The translations under genes and the position numbers were made by a program. A DNA stretch of 64,000 nt from Nannocystis bainbridge (GTDB lineage Bacteria > Myxococcota_A > Polyangia > Nannocystales > Nannocystaceae). How positions within the stretch are numbered: the first letter of the stretch is position 1; each line of letters opens with the position of its first letter. The notes below the pieces were generated by a model. That model searched no databases. It saw only the letters and a program-made list of their open reading frames with translations, and was not told the origin of the DNA. The stretch lies in NCBI RefSeq assembly GCF_028368995.1, contig NZ_JAQNDL010000001.1:2080001-2144000 (forward strand), read 5' to 3'. Positions 60,581 through 64,000 of the stretch are shown here, piece after piece.

Positions 60581-62245
60581 ATGAGCACGCTGCGCCCGCC
60601 TGGCCTCGGCCCGATCGTCGGCCACACGACCGACCGTTCCTGTCGCCTGTGGATGCAGGCCGCCACGCTCGACGACCCGCGCAAGATCGTCGCCGACGAA
60701 GATCGGCGCACCATCGGCGTGCTCGTCGTCCTGCAGAAGGACGATCACGTCATCCCCGCGCCCGTGCGGCCGGTGTTTTATTTTCGCCTCCAGCGCGAGT
60801 TCGATCGCACCGGCACCTTCGTGCTCGGCATCGAGGCCGGCCTCGGCGGCACCACCCCCGTCTTCGCGCTCGAGCCTGACACCACCTATCGCGTCCGGCT
60901 CGCCTCGCTCGCCCTCGACGACGCCGAGGACAACGAGCTGCGCGCCAGCGACGAAGAGCTCGCCGCCACCTTGCCGAACCCGCAGGTGTGGGCGGCCCAG
61001 GTCGAGCGCCTGCCGGACGTCGCCTGCGAGGCCGTGTTCCGCACCTGCAGCCCGCGCAGCGTCGCCGCCCCGGCCTTCTCCTTCATGCTCGGCTCGTGCC
61101 GGTATCCCGGCCTGATGTGGAAGGTCAAGGAGTCCGACCGGATCTTCGGCCCCATGTTCAGGGAGCTTGAGAAGGAGAAGCTCGGCGCGCGGCCCAGCCT
61201 CGTCGTCATGTGCGGCGACCAGATCTACGCCGACGCCTTCCACCGCGCCGTCCCGGTCGCGCTCGCCGACACCCACGCCGAGTTCACCGAGCGTTATCAG
61301 CAGGCGTTCGGCTCGTTCAACATGCGCCGGCTGCTGCGACATGTCCCGACGTACATGTGCCTCGACGACCACGAGATCGAGGACAACTGGTCGCAGGACC
61401 GCCTGGGCAAGCCCGGCAAGAAGATCCTTTTCAACCTCGCTATCGGCTCTTACATGAGCTATCAGTGGAGCCACTCGCCGCGCAATTACGGCAAGCGGCT
61501 CTACTACAGCTTCGTCAGCAGCGGCTACCCGTTCTTCTCGCTCGACTGCCGCACCCAGCGTTACATGGACGACGTCCCCGACACCGTCGAGGACAACCAC
61601 ATGCTCGGGCGGCCCTCGCTCGACCCTGACGAGCCGAGCCAGCTCGACGTCCTGTGCGAGTGGCTGCGCGACCAGCAGGCCGACCGCGGCAACGTCCCCA
61701 AGTTCATCGTCAGCGCCAGCGTGTTCGCGCCCAACCCGGTGTTTGCGATGAACGGCGCCAGCGTCCCCCACCTCGAGAAGAGCGACGCCTGGCCGGCCTT
61801 TCCCAACACCCGCAAGACCCTGCTGCAGAACATCGTCGACCACCGGATCCAGAACGTCGTGTTCCTGTCGGGCGACGTCCACAGCGCCTCGGTCGCCCAG
61901 CTCGATTTCCGCGGCGCCGGCAGCGAGGACCTGCGCGCCTACTCCCTGGTCTCCTCGGCCTTCTACTGGCCGTTCCCGTTCGCCGACGGCGACCCCGCCG
62001 AGTTCGTGCACGACTCCCGCGACCCGCGGACCCCCGACACGTTCGAGATCCGCCCCGGCGTGACGATGGACTACCGCGCCTGGAATTTCTGCAACGACGA
62101 CAACTACGCCCGGGTCACCGCCGACCGGGCCAGCCACTCGCTGACGATGGAGCTGATCGGCCGCGACGGCGCCCCGATCGCCAGCAAGGGCCCCTACAAA
62201 AAAACGGTCGACCTCACCAGCCGGCTCGAGCTCGCGCCCTGGTGA
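60581..62245 (+). CDS. phoD: Alkaline phosphatase D family protein
   Basis: GSC, GDQIYAD, DDHE, LDCRTQR, SGDVH. Confidence 0.85.
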   Translation: MSTLRPPGLGPIVGHTTDRSCRLWMQAATLDDPRKIVADEDRRTIGVLVVLQKDDHVIPAPVRPVFYFRLQREFDRTGTFVLGIEAGLGGTTPVFALEPDTTYRVRLASLALDDAEDNELRASDEELAATLPNPQVWAAQVERLPDVACEAVFRTCSPRSVAAPAFSFMLGSCRYPGLMWKVKESDRIFGPMFRELEKEKLGARPSLVVMCGDQIYADAFHRAVPVALADTHAEFTERYQQAFGSFNMRRLLRHVPTYMCLDDHEIEDNWSQDRLGKPGKKILFNLAIGSYMSYQWSHSPRNYGKRLYYSFVSSGYPFFSLDCRTQRYMDDVPDTVEDNHMLGRPSLDPDEPSQLDVLCEWLRDQQADRGNVPKFIVSASVFAPNPVFAMNGASVPHLEKSDAWPAFPNTRKTLLQNIVDHRIQNVVFLSGDVHSASVAQLDFRGAGSEDLRAYSLVSSAFYWPFPFADGDPAEFVHDSRDPRTPDTFEIRPGVTMDYRAWNFCNDDNYARVTADRASHSLTMELIGRDGAPIASKGPYKKTVDLTSRLELAPW

Positions 62246-62328
62246 GCGCCGAAGGACATGTCCCCGCGGACATGTCCCTCGTCCCATGCTCTCGAGGACA
62301 TGCCGCCAGGGACATGTCCCCTCTTCAA
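62245..62328. repeat. Five to six tandem 14-bp palindromic units
   Basis: CATG junctions at 14-bp period (62257, 62271, 62285, 62299, 62313). Confidence 0.8.
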
Positions 62329-62332
62329 AAAT

Positions 62333-63625
62333 TCAGTGCGCGCCCTTCTTCGGCCGCAGCGGCTTGCCCTCGGACTGGAACTCGTTCCAGGTCGCCGGCT
62401 TGAACCCGTTGTCGACCGCCGCCATGGTGATGCAGTCGGGCACCGGGCACACGATCTGGCACAGGTTGCAGCCGACGCACTCCGACTCGTCGACCACCGG
62501 CACGCGGGTCCCCGCCGCTTTGGGCGCCGGGTGGATGCACTGGTGGGCGCCGTCGTGGCAGGCGACCACGCAGGCGTGGCAACCGATGCACTTGTCGGGG
62601 TCGATCTTGGCCACCGTCTCGTAGTTGAGGTCGAGCTCGCCCCACTCCGAGAACTGCGGCACCGCCTTGCCGCGCATCTCCTCGATCGTCGAGAACCCGT
62701 GCGAGCGCATGTACTCGGTCAGGCCCTCGATCATATCGCCGACCACGCGGTAGCCGCGGAGCATGACCTCGGTGCACACCTGGACCGACGAGCAGCCGAG
62801 CAGGATGAACTCGACCGCGTCGCGCCAGTTGGCGACCCCGCCGATGCCGCTGATCGGCAGGCCGAAGTCGGGGTCGCGGGCCAGGCTGCCGATCATGTGC
62901 ATGGCGATCGGCTTGACCGCCGCGCCGCAGTAGCCGCCGTTGGTCGACAGGCCGGCGACGCGCGGCTCGGGCACGAAGCGGTCGATGTCGACGGCGATGA
63001 GGCTCTTGATCGTGTTGATGAGCGAGACCCCGTGGGCCCCGCCGCGCTTGGCCGCCAGGCCGTGCGGGTTGATGTGGTCGACGTTGGGCGTCAGCTTGAC
63101 CAGCACGGGGATGGTCGAGAACTCTACGGCCCAGCTGGTGATCTTCTCGTTGAGCGCCGGCTCCTGGCCGACCGCCGAGCCCATGCCGCGCTCGCACATC
63201 CCGTGCGGGCAGCCGAAGTTGAGCTCGAGCCCGTCGGCCCCGGCGTCGATGGAGCGCTTGATCATGTCGCGCCACTCGTCGCGCGTCTCGACCATCAGCG
63301 ACACGATCACGCCGTGCTTGGGGTAGCGCTTCTTGACCTCGGCGATCTCGCGGAAGTTGACCTCGAGCGGGCGGTCGGTGATGAGCTCGATGTTGTTGAA
63401 GCCGATCGCGCGGGTGCCCTTGAAGTGGAGCGCGCCGAACCGCGACGACACGTTCTGGATCGGCGTGCCGAGCGTCTTCCACACCGCCCCGCCCCAGCCG
63501 GCGTCGAACGCCCGCATGATCTGCCCGCCCGAGTTGGCGGGCGGCGCCGAGGCGAGCCAGAACGGGTTCGGCGTGACGATCCCGCCGGTGTTCGAGGTCA
63601 GATCGACAGATGTCCCGAAGGCCAT
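62333..63625 (-). CDS. preA: Dihydropyrimidine dehydrogenase subunit
   Basis: NPFWLASAPP, NNIELI, LNFGCPHGM, KLTPNV, two 4Fe-4S motifs. Confidence 0.93.
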   Translation of the reverse strand: MAFGTSVDLTSNTGGIVTPNPFWLASAPPANSGGQIMRAFDAGWGGAVWKTLGTPIQNVSSRFGALHFKGTRAIGFNNIELITDRPLEVNFREIAEVKKRYPKHGVIVSLMVETRDEWRDMIKRSIDAGADGLELNFGCPHGMCERGMGSAVGQEPALNEKITSWAVEFSTIPVLVKLTPNVDHINPHGLAAKRGGAHGVSLINTIKSLIAVDIDRFVPEPRVAGLSTNGGYCGAAVKPIAMHMIGSLARDPDFGLPISGIGGVANWRDAVEFILLGCSSVQVCTEVMLRGYRVVGDMIEGLTEYMRSHGFSTIEEMRGKAVPQFSEWGELDLNYETVAKIDPDKCIGCHACVVACHDGAHQCIHPAPKAAGTRVPVVDESECVGCNLCQIVCPVPDCITMAAVDNGFKPATWNEFQSEGKPLRPKKGAH

Positions 63626-63640
63626 GTTTGCTTGGATCCT

Positions 63641-64000
63641 TTACTTGCTCGCGCTCGCCGTGAGCGCCCGATCGATCGCCAGCGCCGCCCGCTTGCCCTC
63701 GGCGACCGCGTTGACGACCTCCTTGCCGCCGTTGGCGCAGTCGCCCCCCGCGTATACGCGCGGGTTGCCGGTCGCCCCGTCGGCGTCGACGATGAGCCGC
63801 CCGCCCTCGAGCTGCACGCCGCCCAGCCCCGCGACCAGCTCGCCCAGCCGGGCCTGGCCGATCGCCAGCAGCACCAGCTCGGCCGGCACCTCGAACTCCT
63901 CGCCCGCCAGCGGCCGCTTGTCGGCCCCGAGCTTGACGCAGCGCAGGCCAGCGACCCGACCGTCACGCTCGACGTAGGCTGTCGGCTGCGTGTGCCACAA
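63641..64000 (-). CDS. preT: Dihydropyrimidine dehydrogenase FAD subunit, 5'-partial
   Basis: LLAIGQ, VYAGGDC, VVNAVAEGKRAA directly upstream of preA. Confidence 0.85.
   Translation of the reverse strand: MWHTQPTAYVERDGRVAGLRCVKLGADKRPLAGEEFEVPAELVLLAIGQARLGELVAGLGGVQLEGGRLIVDADGATGNPRVYAGGDCANGGKEVVNAVAEGKRAALAIDRALTASASK

Noticed and set aside
62254-62319. Resemblance of GGACATGTCC to the p53 half-site
   Set aside because: It arises as the junction of tandem 14-mers; no p53-like protein is expected, so treated as coincidence

Overview
High-GC (roughly 70%) bacterial DNA, most likely a myxobacterium of Nannocystaceae type. This is inferred from the many Thr-rich 'ACGDD' lipoproteins, a Cys-rich ferritin-like protein and an MglA/roadblock module. 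From 11.8 to 64 kb it is mostly ordinary chromosome: glnA, comM, an atuBCDEF-like acyclic terpene cluster with an inserted toxin-antitoxin module, split pyrimidine-degradation genes, two orphan DNA methyltransferases, apaH, trxC and phoD. Two things stand out. (1) A 14-bp palindrome, TGYC-N6-GRCA, occurs at least 20 times exactly as TGTC-N6-GACA. It also forms head-to-tail arrays of 3-6 units with variable 6-bp centres, which occupy much or all of the gap between several convergent gene pairs and also sit inside coding sequences. (2) The 3' end of glnA is duplicated 4.9 kb downstream (22-bp core) and flanked by phased GGC(A) repeats, suggesting tandem islands integrated at glnA. Each unit begins with the same end modules. 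One encloses a dead IS91-family HUH transposase and the other a captured, internally deleted aroA fragment. No rRNA, tRNA or CRISPR array was seen. All calls are by eye, without database searches.
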